26,081 nucleotides of DNA from a virus (taxonomy: Duplodnaviria > Caudoviricetes): positions 1 through 26,081 of the IMG/VR virus record IMGVR_UViG_3300011335_000415. One strand, written 5' to 3'. The notes beneath the pieces are model-generated. The model saw nothing but the letters and a program-made list of their open reading frames with translations. It had not been told where the DNA came from and did no database searches. Each line of letters begins with the position of its first letter. The first letter of the stretch is position 1. Position numbers and translations under genes: made by a program. This document shows, in pieces, positions 5,867 through 15,168 of this stretch.

Positions 5867-8348
5867 CGGATCTAGATAAGATTTTAAACTCATGTTTGTT
5901 ATTATTTTGTCTGTTTCTTCTTGTTTCTATAATATCTCCGAATAATTCAGAGGCAGTCTGGATAGCTTTCCTAAATCGCATCTGGCTATAATCTTTTTTC
6001 TCCATGTCATTTACATTAAGGAAGCTGGTATATTCTGCTCCAAACTCTCTCCACTGGTCTCTATTCAGATCATCATAATATGCTAGGAAATCTTCTCCAA
6101 AGTTTATTTTGATATTCTTTCTATTGATCTTATCACTATTCTCTATCACTGGTATGCCATTCTCCAGGTAGATTTGCACACACTCTACCATAAAATTGTA
6201 GAATCTATTCCACTCATCTCTATCCCAATCATTGAATAAAGCATTACCAAAATAATCTATAGGAGTATTCTTATGGTTAAAGAAGGTGCTAAATTCTATG
6301 ATCTTTACTCTTCGCTTGCCATGCCCACCAGAGTAGTTAATAGTGTAGTTAGTAGTGAAGCCAAACTTAGGCGCATCATTGTAATTGATGTATATCTCAT
6401 CCTTATTCTTTTTTTCTATGGTCACACCTTCAGTTATCTTAGAGTAGAATCCCTCAAAGTCTACATTTTTACGGCAGTCCTCTATCACTATAAGCTGAGT
6501 AGATAGCTCCACACGCTGGAAAGCAAAAGACTTATTTAAGTTAAAGTTTTTACCATCTATACTCACCAGGTTAATCAGCTTACCTATAGCCTTAAAGAAT
6601 ATACCCTTACCAGCTCCACCTCCTTCTGATTCATTCTCTGTCTCTTCTGCCAGGATCACTGCATAGGACTTAGTAGGATCTTTGTATGTATGCAGTAGAT
6701 AGCCTATTAATGATATACAATAAGCTACACGCTCTGGATCATCATTTGAGATCTTCTCAATGAATTTAGTGTACTGCACATAGTTAAAGTCTATATCATT
6801 CTCTATGTCTATATTAAAATCTATTACTTGATCTTTCCATACATGAGCGCCAATCTCACCATATTTAAGTAGCTCCTTTTTATTCTTTGTGATCTTTACT
6901 ACTCCATTTTTAAAAGGATAGTAGGCTGCATCTTTGGTGTGCTTAAGTAGGTTAAGCTTTATATTTGGCATAAATTCAAATAGAGACTTATTAAAGTATG
7001 CATCTGCTCCTTTGTATATTATCTCTCTAAGCTTACCTGGTGTGGTGCCATCAAATTGGCTAGGCAGTCCATCTATGTAGTTATTAATAAACTTTTTGAT
7101 TTGCTCTGTGTTAGTCTCAGATACAAATCCATCCTCTATCTTTATGAGCTTATAGTTCAGCTTATTATCATAGTAGTAGATATAGAAGCCACCATACTCT
7201 GATAGGAAGGATATAAACCTGGAGCGATCAATAGTCACTATACCTTTATCATTAACATTCCAAAATGTGAGGATCTTCTCAGATTTATCATTCTCTAAAT
7301 CATTCACTATCTCCTCAGCTTTATCTATGTCAATATTATGCCTGGAGGCTATATAAGCTGAGATGTTTCTAGCATCTAATCCTTCATCCTTTTTTTTTAT
7401 GTAGTCTCGCTTTATATTAGCAGATACTTTTGTACGCTGCTCACCATAGCCATCTTTAATTAATTGCTTTGCAGCTTCGCTAAAGTTATTATTATGCTCT
7501 AGTAGGGCATAGATAGCAAATGGCTTATAGCCTTTATTAGTCTCAAACTCTGTGCTAGTAGAGAATACTTTAAATAGTCCTAGGCCTCTGTGATAGTCTG
7601 CTGAGATGTGGCTATCAGTCTTGCCTGGGCGCTTTAGGAAATCTCGCTCACCTCTAGTCTCTATCCAGGTCCAGCCATGCTTCTCCAGTAATGCTACTAC
7701 ATCACATTTAGCATTGTAATCATCCCATGGTGTGAGGTTAAAATTATCACTATCTGTCACTACTTGAGCAGTGCGCACTTCTTTAATCACTTCATTAAAT
7801 GATCTACATATAGATAGGATAGACTCTCTTTGCTCTATGGTGATTACATTAATCTCAAACTCCTTCTCTTTTGTGTAGCCATCACTAGGAGGCGCTAGCA
7901 CATATCCACCCTCACCTCTAGTCTCTATGAGTACGATCTCTTTAGCATGAGGTGTATCTTTTAGCTCATCCTTTATAGCATGGCGCATGGCAAGCTTTTG
8001 ATTTCCTTCTACCACTTCGCATCTGTAGTAAAGGTGATAGCCTCCAGACTTAGTGCGTACGATATAAAGAAGAGGCAATAGATCGGTTAATGCCTCTTGG
8101 AGTCTGGTCCATAGATCACCAGTCACATCATATTTAAGATCCACATCTATTATCTCCAGTCCACCAGAGACTACACCACCTATGATGGCTATATTTTTGC
8201 AGCGCTCATTTGTGAACTGGGCCTTTAATGTTTGATCATCCATAATTTTAGACTGGTATTCAGTCCAGGGGAAAATGGCTCTTTTGTTATCTCCAATAGG
8301 GATAACACTAAAATTCTTGTTGGTGTAAAATTTGGCGGCTTTTAGCAT
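5853..8348 (-). CDS. Bifunctional primase/polymerase (Prim-Pol) fused to a P-loop helicase (SF3/D5-like)
   Basis: N-terminal SVIPI, LEIIDVD, RTKSGGYHLYY and IETRGEGGYVLAPPS; C-terminal Walker A GGGAGKG, Walker B LIVIED, and TTN...RR. Confidence 0.9.
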   Translation of the reverse strand: MLKAAKFYTNKNFSVIPIGDNKRAIFPWTEYQSKIMDDQTLKAQFTNERCKNIAIIGGVVSGGLEIIDVDLKYDVTGDLWTRLQEALTDLLPLLYIVRTKSGGYHLYYRCEVVEGNQKLAMRHAIKDELKDTPHAKEIVLIETRGEGGYVLAPPSDGYTKEKEFEINVITIEQRESILSICRSFNEVIKEVRTAQVVTDSDNFNLTPWDDYNAKCDVVALLEKHGWTWIETRGERDFLKRPGKTDSHISADYHRGLGLFKVFSTSTEFETNKGYKPFAIYALLEHNNNFSEAAKQLIKDGYGEQRTKVSANIKRDYIKKKDEGLDARNISAYIASRHNIDIDKAEEIVNDLENDKSEKILTFWNVNDKGIVTIDRSRFISFLSEYGGFYIYYYDNKLNYKLIKIEDGFVSETNTEQIKKFINNYIDGLPSQFDGTTPGKLREIIYKGADAYFNKSLFEFMPNIKLNLLKHTKDAAYYPFKNGVVKITKNKKELLKYGEIGAHVWKDQVIDFNIDIENDIDFNYVQYTKFIEKISNDDPERVAYCISLIGYLLHTYKDPTKSYAVILAEETENESEGGGAGKGIFFKAIGKLINLVSIDGKNFNLNKSFAFQRVELSTQLIVIEDCRKNVDFEGFYSKITEGVTIEKKNKDEIYINYNDAPKFGFTTNYTINYSGGHGKRRVKIIEFSTFFNHKNTPIDYFGNALFNDWDRDEWNRFYNFMVECVQIYLENGIPVIENSDKINRKNIKINFGEDFLAYYDDLNRDQWREFGAEYTSFLNVNDMEKKDYSQMRFRKAIQTASELFGDIIETRRNRQNNNKHEFKILSRSDGSF

Positions 8349-8351
8349 AAA

Positions 8352-8657
8352 TTAATCATTAAATTCTATGTTTAAAAATTCTGTTGGATCAATATCAAAT
8401 TTATCTAAAGCAAATCTGATTATTTGAAATTCTGCATATTTGCTAGGCTGAAATGTTACACCATTAAAAACTAAATCACCACTCTCATAAAATGGGAATA
8501 TTAATCTTAAAGCTGCATCATTAATTAAGCAATATTTATGATCAAGTCCTTGCTCTTTAGATTTTGTAATAAAATCAAGCAAAGTTTGTTCAGTAAATAA
8601 TTTTTTATAATTTTCTACTATTTCACTTTGCATTTTTAATAAATCATCATTTATCAT
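8352..8657 (-). CDS. Hypothetical protein
   Basis: 101-aa ORF packed between VRR-NUC (ATGA overlap) and the primase. Confidence 0.7.
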   Translation of the reverse strand: MINDDLLKMQSEIVENYKKLFTEQTLLDFITKSKEQGLDHKYCLINDAALRLIFPFYESGDLVFNGVTFQPSKYAEFQIIRFALDKFDIDPTEFLNIEFND

Positions 8658-8902
8658 ATATCTTGTATTTTATAAATTGTGCGCACTTCAAATCCATGCT
8701 CTTGTAATTGTTCGTGTCTATACTTTTGCAGTTCAGATAGCCTTCCTTTCTCAGTCTTACACTCTATAAAAAATGTCTTACCATCTTTGAGTAGCATAAG
8801 GTCTGGCATGCCATTTTTATTACATTGTATGATCTTGACTACAAGATAGCCTTTTAATTCAAAATGCTTAATGGCTTTACTTTGTATTATACTCTCTCTC
8901 AA
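8654..8902 (-). CDS. VRR-NUC domain nuclease (Holliday-junction resolvase-like)
   Basis: ESIIQSK...GMPDLML...FFIECK...GRLSELQKYRH is a PD-(D/E)XK VRR-NUC pattern. Likely start is TTG at 8902. Confidence 0.88.
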   Translation of the reverse strand: MRESIIQSKAIKHFELKGYLVVKIIQCNKNGMPDLMLLKDGKTFFIECKTEKGRLSELQKYRHEQLQEHGFEVRTIYKIQDI

Positions 8903-9017
8903 TTTCTTTAAGTTTTGTTTTAACTTCTTTAGCAAATTTGCTCTTTACCATAATAAACATGGCTTTCTTTTTTTCCTTCTCTGGTAACGGCTTGCGGCCT
9001 CTTGTTTCTTTTTTCAT
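8877..9017 (-). CDS. Small basic DNA-binding protein with RGRKP (AT-hook-like) motif, 46 aa
   Basis: MKKETRGRKPLPEKEKKKAMFIMVKSKFAKEVKTKLKEIEREYNTK*; first gene after the leftward promoter. Confidence 0.7.
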   Translation of the reverse strand: MKKETRGRKPLPEKEKKKAMFIMVKSKFAKEVKTKLKEIEREYNTK

Positions 9018-9038
9018 TTTAAAATATTTGATGAGCTA

Positions 9039-9046
9039 CAAATATA
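9039..9046 (-). promoter_or_regulatory. Bacteroidota-type -7 promoter element (leftward)
   Basis: TATATTTG on the minus strand matches TAnnTTTG, ~20 nt upstream of ATG 9017. Confidence 0.65.
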
Positions 9047-9094
9047 AATAAAAAAAAATTTAAAAAAAATATTTTTTTATTAAAAATATATTCC

Positions 9095-9102
9095 TATATT
9101 TG
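9095..9102 (+). promoter_or_regulatory. Bacteroidota-type -7 promoter element (rightward)
   Basis: TATATTTG ~35 nt upstream of ATG 9137, in the divergent intergenic region. Confidence 0.65.
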
Positions 9103-9136
9103 TTCTCGTAGTATAAAACAAACTACATTTTTAATT

Positions 9137-9727
9137 ATGGCATTAACAAAATCTGGAGGTTTAAATACAATGTACCTCTCCATTGCAGACGGCAATTTAG
9201 TACGCCAACACAAAGAAGCAAACCAGTTCACCACTCAGCGCATTACTAAGACTGGCAAAGTAGTGCATGAAGAATTTTTTAAAGAGCTTACTGGCAAGCT
9301 TACTGGAATCTCTACAAGAGAGAATGACTATGGAAAGCAATGGCAGCTTACATTTGTAGATGATGAGTCTACATTTGTAGTAAGCATTGGCTATTCTAGC
9401 AGATATGCTGCATCATTCTTAAAAGCATTACCTAATGTAAATTTGAACAAAGAATTTAGGTTAATGCCATGGGCAATGAAGGATAAAATAGATCCTACTA
9501 AGACTATCACTGGTATTACATTATATCAAAATGATGTGAAGATAGCACCTTATTACACAAAAGAGAATCCAAACGGATTACCTCAAATGCAAAAGATTAA
9601 GGTAAAAGGTAAGGAGCAATGGGATGATTCAGAGATGATGGCATTCCTAGAAAATATGGCTACTAGTATCTTTACTACATTGACGGCTACTGAGCTGGAG
9701 GATGATGATGATACTGCACCTTTTTAG
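9137..9727 (+). CDS. Probable single-stranded DNA-binding protein
   Basis: Acidic C-terminal tail ELEDDDDTAPF and a beta-rich core; located next to an exonuclease. Confidence 0.6.
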   Translation: MALTKSGGLNTMYLSIADGNLVRQHKEANQFTTQRITKTGKVVHEEFFKELTGKLTGISTRENDYGKQWQLTFVDDESTFVVSIGYSSRYAASFLKALPNVNLNKEFRLMPWAMKDKIDPTKTITGITLYQNDVKIAPYYTKENPNGLPQMQKIKVKGKEQWDDSEMMAFLENMATSIFTTLTATELEDDDDTAPF

Positions 9728-9798
9728 TTGGTGGTAAATAAGCACCAGTTAGCCTTCTGGATAAAAAGGCACTTTTTTACACCACAAAATATTTATAT

Positions 9799-9990
9799 AT
9801 GCCTAACAATTACAGAATAGAAAAAGATACAGATATCACAGATGGATATACAAGATACTTTTTGTATGTAGATGATAGATTTATCACTGGTACAGATACG
9901 CTTGAAAAAATTGAAGCTATCGCACAGAAAGTAAAAGATAATGGAGGTAGCCTTCATATTAAAGAAACTATAAAAGAATACACATGCTAG
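9799..9990 (+). CDS. Hypothetical protein
   Basis: 63-aa ORF in the operon; overlaps the next start. Confidence 0.7.
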   Translation: MPNNYRIEKDTDITDGYTRYFLYVDDRFITGTDTLEKIEAIAQKVKDNGGSLHIKETIKEYTC

Positions 9991-10730
9991 TAAAAACCAA
10001 ACCAAATCAGCTCACCTTTGTAGATGGTAGATTCTACACAGATGATAATGGCCAGCATTTCCCTAGTGCTACCACCATTTTAGAAGCTTATCCTAAGCCA
10101 TACCAGTTAATCCAATGGATGAAGGAAGTAGGTAGTAAAGCAGATGAGATTAGAGATAATGCTGGTAGAAGAGGATCTAATGTACACCAGCTTACAGAGG
10201 ATTATGATAATGGCCTAGAATGTAATCTATTAGATGAATTTGGCAAGCCTAAGTACTCATTAGAAGAATGGAACATGTTTGAGAGATATGTAGACTTTAG
10301 CAAGCTGCATAATCCAGAGCATCTAATGATAGAGCAGACATTTGTAAATGGCAAACTAGGCTTTGCTGGCACACTGGATAGGATCTGCAAGATTGATGGC
10401 AAAGTATATGTTTTAGATATTAAGACATCTAATGGCATCTATAATAGCTACTGGCTACAATTAGCAGCATATGAGCAGTTATATCTAAATGGTGTGATGC
10501 ATGCAGATAACATGCCAGATATTGATGGTGTGGCTATCTTATGGCTAAATGCTAAGACTAGGACCTATGGAAAAAATGGAGCAATCCAGGGACCAGGATG
10601 GCAGATGGTGACTAAAGATGATAGGACTAAAGACTGGGATTTATTCAAATCTGTGCAAAAGTTATGGCTAGCTGAGCATGAAGATGATAAGCCTAGAGAA
10701 TTTAGTTATCAATTATCTCATAAAAAGTAG
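9984..10730 (+). CDS. PD-(D/E)XK exonuclease (Cas4/RecB/lambda-exonuclease-like)
   Basis: PSATTIL, RGSNVH, E..F, AGTLDRI, VLDIKTS and LQLAAY motifs. Confidence 0.85.
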   Translation: MLVKTKPNQLTFVDGRFYTDDNGQHFPSATTILEAYPKPYQLIQWMKEVGSKADEIRDNAGRRGSNVHQLTEDYDNGLECNLLDEFGKPKYSLEEWNMFERYVDFSKLHNPEHLMIEQTFVNGKLGFAGTLDRICKIDGKVYVLDIKTSNGIYNSYWLQLAAYEQLYLNGVMHADNMPDIDGVAILWLNAKTRTYGKNGAIQGPGWQMVTKDDRTKDWDLFKSVQKLWLAEHEDDKPREFSYQLSHKK

Positions 10731-10742
10731 TAATTTTATCCC

Positions 10743-11474
10743 ATGGCTACCAAAAGAAAACGACTATACTTTGACATTGAGACAAGTCCAAATATCGGAT
10801 TCTTTTGGCAGTCTGGGTATAAATTAAATATTGGCTATCAAAACATTTTAAAGGAGCGAAGCATCATTTGCATCTGTTATAAATGGGAAGGAGATAAGGA
10901 GGTGCATGGATTGACCTGGGATAAGAAGCAAGATGATAAAAAAATGCTTCAAGATTTTATCAAAGTAGTAGATAGTGCAGATGAACTAGTAGGGCATAAT
11001 GGTGATAAGTTTGATTTGGCCTGGATACGCACTAGATGTTTATATCATGGCATTCAAATGTTCCCAAAATATACTACTATAGATACTTTAAAAGTAGCTA
11101 GATCAAAATTTAAATTTAATAGCAATAGGCTTAATTATATAGCAGACTTTTTAGGCATTGGGCAAAAGATCAAAACGGATTTTGATTTATGGAAAGATAT
11201 AGCATTAAAGAATGATGCTAAGGCTATGGATAAGATGGTGAAGTATTGCAAGATGGATGTAGTATTACTGGAGAAGGTCCACCAGCATCTAAGCACACAC
11301 ATAGATCATAAGACTCACTATGGTGTGAGATTTGGTGAGGATAGAGTCTCTTGCCCTAATTGTGGATCAGATGAATTAATAAAGCATGCATCAAGAGTAC
11401 TGGCATCTGGAACTAAAAAGATTGTCTATAAATGTAATACTTGTAATCATTACCATACTAAAACTGATAAATAG
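10743..11474 (+). CDS. RNase H-fold 3'-5' exonuclease with C-terminal zinc ribbon
   Basis: FDIET (Exo I), GHNGDKFD (Exo II), YCKMDV (Exo III), then CPNC...CNTC. Confidence 0.85.
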   Translation: MATKRKRLYFDIETSPNIGFFWQSGYKLNIGYQNILKERSIICICYKWEGDKEVHGLTWDKKQDDKKMLQDFIKVVDSADELVGHNGDKFDLAWIRTRCLYHGIQMFPKYTTIDTLKVARSKFKFNSNRLNYIADFLGIGQKIKTDFDLWKDIALKNDAKAMDKMVKYCKMDVVLLEKVHQHLSTHIDHKTHYGVRFGEDRVSCPNCGSDELIKHASRVLASGTKKIVYKCNTCNHYHTKTDK

Positions 11475-11705
11475 ATGATGGAGCTAGAGCCACAAGAAGT
11501 ACAAATAGGAGGCAATCATTATAAAAAATTAAAGATCCAGCCTACAGAATTTATACATGCAAATGAGATACCATTTATTGAAGGTAATATCATTAAGTAT
11601 GTGATCAGACATAGAGATAAGAATGGGATAGAAGATTTAAAAAAAGCAAAGCATTATATAGATTTATTAATCCAGTTTGAATATGAAAATACCAAAAAAC
11701 TTTAA
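11475..11705 (+). CDS. DUF3310 (SaV-like) protein
   Basis: QIGGNHYK, GNIIKYVIR, KNGIEDLKKAKHYID. Confidence 0.85.
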   Translation: MMELEPQEVQIGGNHYKKLKIQPTEFIHANEIPFIEGNIIKYVIRHRDKNGIEDLKKAKHYIDLLIQFEYENTKKL

Positions 11706-11874
11706 CAAGATGAAGGCGCATGAGCAAGAGGCATGGTTAATTAAAAAGTATACAGAGGTGGTGAATTTAGAGCAGCATATAAAAAAACTTTTAGCAATGG
11801 TGAGAGGTGGGCAAGCTATATTTTTCCCAGATAACATAGATAGGCCAGATGAGGCTATTTTAAAAGATGCATAA
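11683..11874 (+). CDS. Hypothetical protein
   Basis: ORF overlapping both neighbours; likely start MKIPKNF at 11683. Confidence 0.65.
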   Translation: MKIPKNFNKMKAHEQEAWLIKKYTEVVNLEQHIKKLLAMVRGGQAIFFPDNIDRPDEAILKDA

Positions 11875-12139
11875 GATTAAGATCATATACAGAAAGCTGG
11901 GCAGAGAGAAGGCCCATGGTATGGCATCCAGTGATGGCATTGTGGAGCTTGATGAGCGCTTGAAAGGAAAGAAGCATCTTGAGATTTTAATCCATGAGGT
12001 GCTACATTTATTATATCCTAGAAACTCTGAGAATACCATAGTAAAAAACTCAGTGACATTAACCAGGATATTATGGAAAGAAGGCTATAGAAGAATAGAT
12101 CAAAAAGAAGATGAGCCATTACAAGATGGCCAAATATAA
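11867..12139 (+). CDS. Small HExxH zinc metallopeptidase-like protein
   Basis: ILIHEVLH followed by a downstream E (minimal zincin pattern). Confidence 0.65.
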   Translation: MHKIKIIYRKLGREKAHGMASSDGIVELDERLKGKKHLEILIHEVLHLLYPRNSENTIVKNSVTLTRILWKEGYRRIDQKEDEPLQDGQI

Positions 12140-12202
12140 TACTGGATAACCTCTGACCAGTTTAATATGATGAGGTCTGGGAGGGAGAAAAAAATTTCAA
12201 AT

Positions 12203-12239
12203 AGGGGTGTTTGGTTATAAACGATCCCTCCCATTTTTT
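12203..12239 (+). terminator. Possible intrinsic terminator
   Basis: aggggtgttt-ggttat-aaacgatccct hairpin with one bulge, followed by ccca and T6. Confidence 0.35.
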
Positions 12240-12352
12240 AGAATTATATTTCCAATTTCGTAAAAATTGTTACTTTTTTATATAAAATAGTAACATGTTA
12301 GAAATATATTTCTCTTTTTTTATGTATAAAAAACTGGACTAATTCTGCAAAA

Positions 12353-13579
12353 ATGCAATTAAGGGATTATCAAGTAGATATATCTGAGCAAGCAGTGCAA
12401 ATCTTAAAAGAATTTGGCCTGGTGTATTTAGCCATGCAAGTACGCACTGGAAAGACTATCACCAGCTTGCACATTGCTAGTTTGATGGGTGCTAAAAAAG
12501 TATTATTTGTTACAAAGAAAAAAGCAATTTCTAGCATCCAGGATGATTATGATAATAGTAACTGCTTATATGATATTAATATTATTAACTATGAGTCTGT
12601 GCATAAAGCAGTGCAGAATTATAGCTTGATCATTATAGATGAGGCACATGCGCTAGGGCAGTATCCTATACCATCTGAGCGCACAAAAGAATTAAAAAAA
12701 ATTTGTGAAGGTAAGCCAGTGATATACTTATCTGGCACACCTAGTCCAGAGACTTATGCTCAGATGTATCACCAGTTCTGGGTAAGCAGTTATTCTCCAT
12801 TTAATGGTTATAAGAACTTCTACGCATGGCATAAGGAGTACGGCATACCAGCTAAAAAATATGTGTATAATAGGGAGCTAGCAGATTATAGCAAAGTGAA
12901 GCAAGAGCGCATCCAGTCTGAGATAGGCCATCTAATGCTCACTTATACTCAAGAGGAGGCTGGATTTGAGGGATTAGTACATGAGACTATACTATATGTG
13001 CCAATGTCTGATAAGGTGAAATGGGCAATAGATCGCATAAAGAAGGATAAGCTATTTAGGACCAAAGATGGCCAGGTGATACTTGCTGATACGGCAGTGA
13101 AGGAGATGCAGAAGATACACCAGATATGCTCTGGATCAGTCAAGACTGAGGATGGCAATGCAGTGATATTTGATGATACAAAGGCTAACTTTATAAAGGA
13201 GCGCTTTAAAGGCCAAAAGATAGCCATATTTTACAAGTACATAGCTGAGGGATTGCAGCTTAGAGTAACTTTTGCTGGCAAGATTATAGAAGATCCAATA
13301 GCTTTTAATGAGGCTACTGGTGATGTGGTATTCATATCTCAGATCCAATCTGGTAGAGAGGGGATAAATTTAAGCACTGCTGAGGCTTTAGTCATGTATA
13401 ATATTGATTTTTCGGCAGTTAGCTACTGGCAATCTAGGGCCAGGATGCAGACAAAGGATCGCACAGAGGCCTCTCAAGTATTCTGGGTATTCACCAGAGG
13501 AGGCATAGAGGAGCGCATTTTTGTGATGGTGCAGAATAAAAAAGACTACACTTTAAGCCACTTTAAAAAATTTATTTAA
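12353..13579 (+). CDS. Superfamily 2 (SNF2-like/DEAH) helicase
   Basis: LRDYQ, RTGKT, IIIDEAH, LSGTP, SGREGINL and QSRAR motifs. Confidence 0.9.
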   Translation: MQLRDYQVDISEQAVQILKEFGLVYLAMQVRTGKTITSLHIASLMGAKKVLFVTKKKAISSIQDDYDNSNCLYDINIINYESVHKAVQNYSLIIIDEAHALGQYPIPSERTKELKKICEGKPVIYLSGTPSPETYAQMYHQFWVSSYSPFNGYKNFYAWHKEYGIPAKKYVYNRELADYSKVKQERIQSEIGHLMLTYTQEEAGFEGLVHETILYVPMSDKVKWAIDRIKKDKLFRTKDGQVILADTAVKEMQKIHQICSGSVKTEDGNAVIFDDTKANFIKERFKGQKIAIFYKYIAEGLQLRVTFAGKIIEDPIAFNEATGDVVFISQIQSGREGINLSTAEALVMYNIDFSAVSYWQSRARMQTKDRTEASQVFWVFTRGGIEERIFVMVQNKKDYTLSHFKKFI

Positions 13580-13610
13580 AAAAATTTTTTTTTATTAAAT
13601 TAAAATACCT

Positions 13611-13618
13611 TAGCTTTG
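13611..13618 (+). promoter_or_regulatory. Bacteroidota-type -7 promoter element
   Basis: TAGCTTTG ~22 nt upstream of ATG 13641, preceded by A/T tracts similar to those at 9059-9090. Confidence 0.6.
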
Positions 13619-13640
13619 ATTTATCAAAACAAACAAAGCC

Positions 13641-13868
13641 ATGATATCATTATCTACAAAATTAGCAATCGGTTACAAATTTGAAGTAAAAGGTAACAAT
13701 TTTACAAAGTTAGTATGTAATAGAAATAGATTTATTGACATTACATTAGTAAATGATTTATACAATGTAAAGGCATATACTTTGAGAGGTGTAAATGAAA
13801 TTAAAGTATCAGAATTAAATTCTGTATTTGTAGAAAATTTACAAGAGGCAATTTTAAAAGTTTATTAA
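13641..13868 (+). CDS. Hypothetical protein (probable early gene)
   Basis: 75-aa ORF directly after a promoter motif. Confidence 0.7.
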   Translation: MISLSTKLAIGYKFEVKGNNFTKLVCNRNRFIDITLVNDLYNVKAYTLRGVNEIKVSELNSVFVENLQEAILKVY

Positions 13869-13936
13869 TATTCTTTGCGTTTAGGCAGCTATCGCCAATG
13901 GAACAAGCTGCATACTTTTTAATTTAATTTTTAATT

Positions 13937-14065
13937 ATGAACACGCTGAAAACACCACAACAAAAAGCCAATGAGCGCTACAGACAAGAAAGCATTAATC
14001 CTTTATACGCTGGTATAATAGTGATGGTAGCTTTATTAATCACTGCTTTAATTGAGAATTTATGA
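13937..14065 (+). CDS. 42-aa protein with C-terminal transmembrane segment
   Basis: MNTLKTPQQKANERYRQESINPLYAGIIVMVALLITALIENL*; ATGA-coupled to the next ORF. Confidence 0.6.
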   Translation: MNTLKTPQQKANERYRQESINPLYAGIIVMVALLITALIENL

Positions 14066-14178
14066 TCAAGACATTATTAGGATTTGCTAAGTTTTTCTTA
14101 GTAGCAGTGCCATTAGCACTCTTCTTGTATGTAACATTATTTTTAATCGCAAAAATGAAAGAATATGGCAAATCATAA
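14062..14178 (+). CDS. 38-aa membrane peptide
   Basis: MIKTLLGFAKFFLVAVPLALFLYVTLFLIAKMKEYGKS*; overlaps both neighbours. Confidence 0.55.
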   Translation: MIKTLLGFAKFFLVAVPLALFLYVTLFLIAKMKEYGKS

Positions 14179-14350
14179 AGCCTGGGTAGATTTACCCATA
14201 GTACACAAAATAGCTTTAGTAGGTAAGATCACGCATCTTTTACAAAACCAGTACCCATATTATTTAGAGATGCTGGACCTAATAGCTAAGGCAGAGGATG
14301 ATGGATTATTTAGTGATGTAGTAATTAATAACACCAATGAGCAAGTATAA
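14165..14350 (+). CDS. Hypothetical protein
   Basis: 61-aa ORF in the coupled plus-strand run. Confidence 0.65.
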   Translation: MANHKAWVDLPIVHKIALVGKITHLLQNQYPYYLEMLDLIAKAEDDGLFSDVVINNTNEQV

Positions 14351-14720
14351 AGAAGTATTAAAATATATCCAGCTATACACTGGATGCAGTGAGCATGCAT
14401 TAAAAAGAATAGATGCAATGCTACATGATAAAATAAATGTAGTGCCTAGAGTAGAGATAAAATATATAGAGACATTTGCTCGCAAAGGGATAGCACCAGA
14501 TTTAACACTTAAAGAATGGGCAGACAAATACTATAAGGATTTTAATACTAACTACAAAGAATTAACTAATAGATCCAGGAAAACGGATGTAGTAATAAAT
14601 CGCAATAGATTTTTAATAGCTGCTTATAAGGAAGGATATGGAGCTAGTGAACTGGGTAGATTTTTAGGATTTTGTCATGCAAGTATCTTACATGGACTGC
14701 ATGAGTCTAAGAAAAAGTAA
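14337..14720 (+). CDS. Protein with DnaA C-terminal-like helix-turn-helix
   Basis: SRKTDVVINR...GASELGRFLGFCHASILHG resembles the DnaA domain IV pattern (R...V.AR...IG..F..DHTTV.H). Confidence 0.65.
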   Translation: MSKYKEVLKYIQLYTGCSEHALKRIDAMLHDKINVVPRVEIKYIETFARKGIAPDLTLKEWADKYYKDFNTNYKELTNRSRKTDVVINRNRFLIAAYKEGYGASELGRFLGFCHASILHGLHESKKK

Positions 14721-15168
14721 TATACTTTCCCCCATCTAAAGCCTTTAAGATTTGATTTCTTAGAGGCTTTTTTGTTGTATAAGATACATGCACCCAGGCT
14801 GGGTTAGTATCTGTGCCATGTTCCCAGATAAGCTGATCAAATTGCAGCCTTTGCTTAATAAAATTAAATATATCAGCATTTGTGATATTATGGCTATGCC
14901 CATCCATGTCTATGTCTATGGCCTCACCTTTTGAATGCTGGCTATTTTTAGCAGCTCCTTTGATCAATGCACATACTTCTGGTGATCTAAAGCCAGAGGA
15001 GATATAAATAGGCGCTCTAAAATGATTACGGATAGGCTCAAAGATATTCTCTGCTAATGCCTTTAAATTCTCTATCTGCTCAGCATTAGGCATATTAGAT
15101 AGGCCAGCTCGCTTAGCAGACTCAGAGCGTATAAGCTCGCCTAAGGTTAGGTGTTCTGAGATGATCAA
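14707..15168 (-). CDS. Endolysin, peptidase M15A family
   Basis: ISSGFRS, SQHSKGEAIDI and WVHVSY zinc-peptidase motifs. Confidence 0.9.
   Translation of the reverse strand: MIISEHLTLGELIRSESAKRAGLSNMPNAEQIENLKALAENIFEPIRNHFRAPIYISSGFRSPEVCALIKGAAKNSQHSKGEAIDIDMDGHSHNITNADIFNFIKQRLQFDQLIWEHGTDTNPAWVHVSYTTKKPLRNQILKALDGGKYITFS

Noticed and set aside
9752-9778. Terminator after the SSB-like gene
   Set aside because: Only a 5-bp stem with a 9-nt loop and a displaced T-tract; too weak to call.
9984-10730. Cas4 of a CRISPR system
   Set aside because: Lacks the Fe-S cysteine cluster, and the context (SSB-like protein, exonuclease) indicates phage recombination.
13624-13643. Ninth copy of the junction repeat (TCAAAACAAACAAAGCCATG)
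   Set aside because: Only loosely similar, lacks the TAA stop, and is explained by the generic A-rich leader of Bacteroidota genes.
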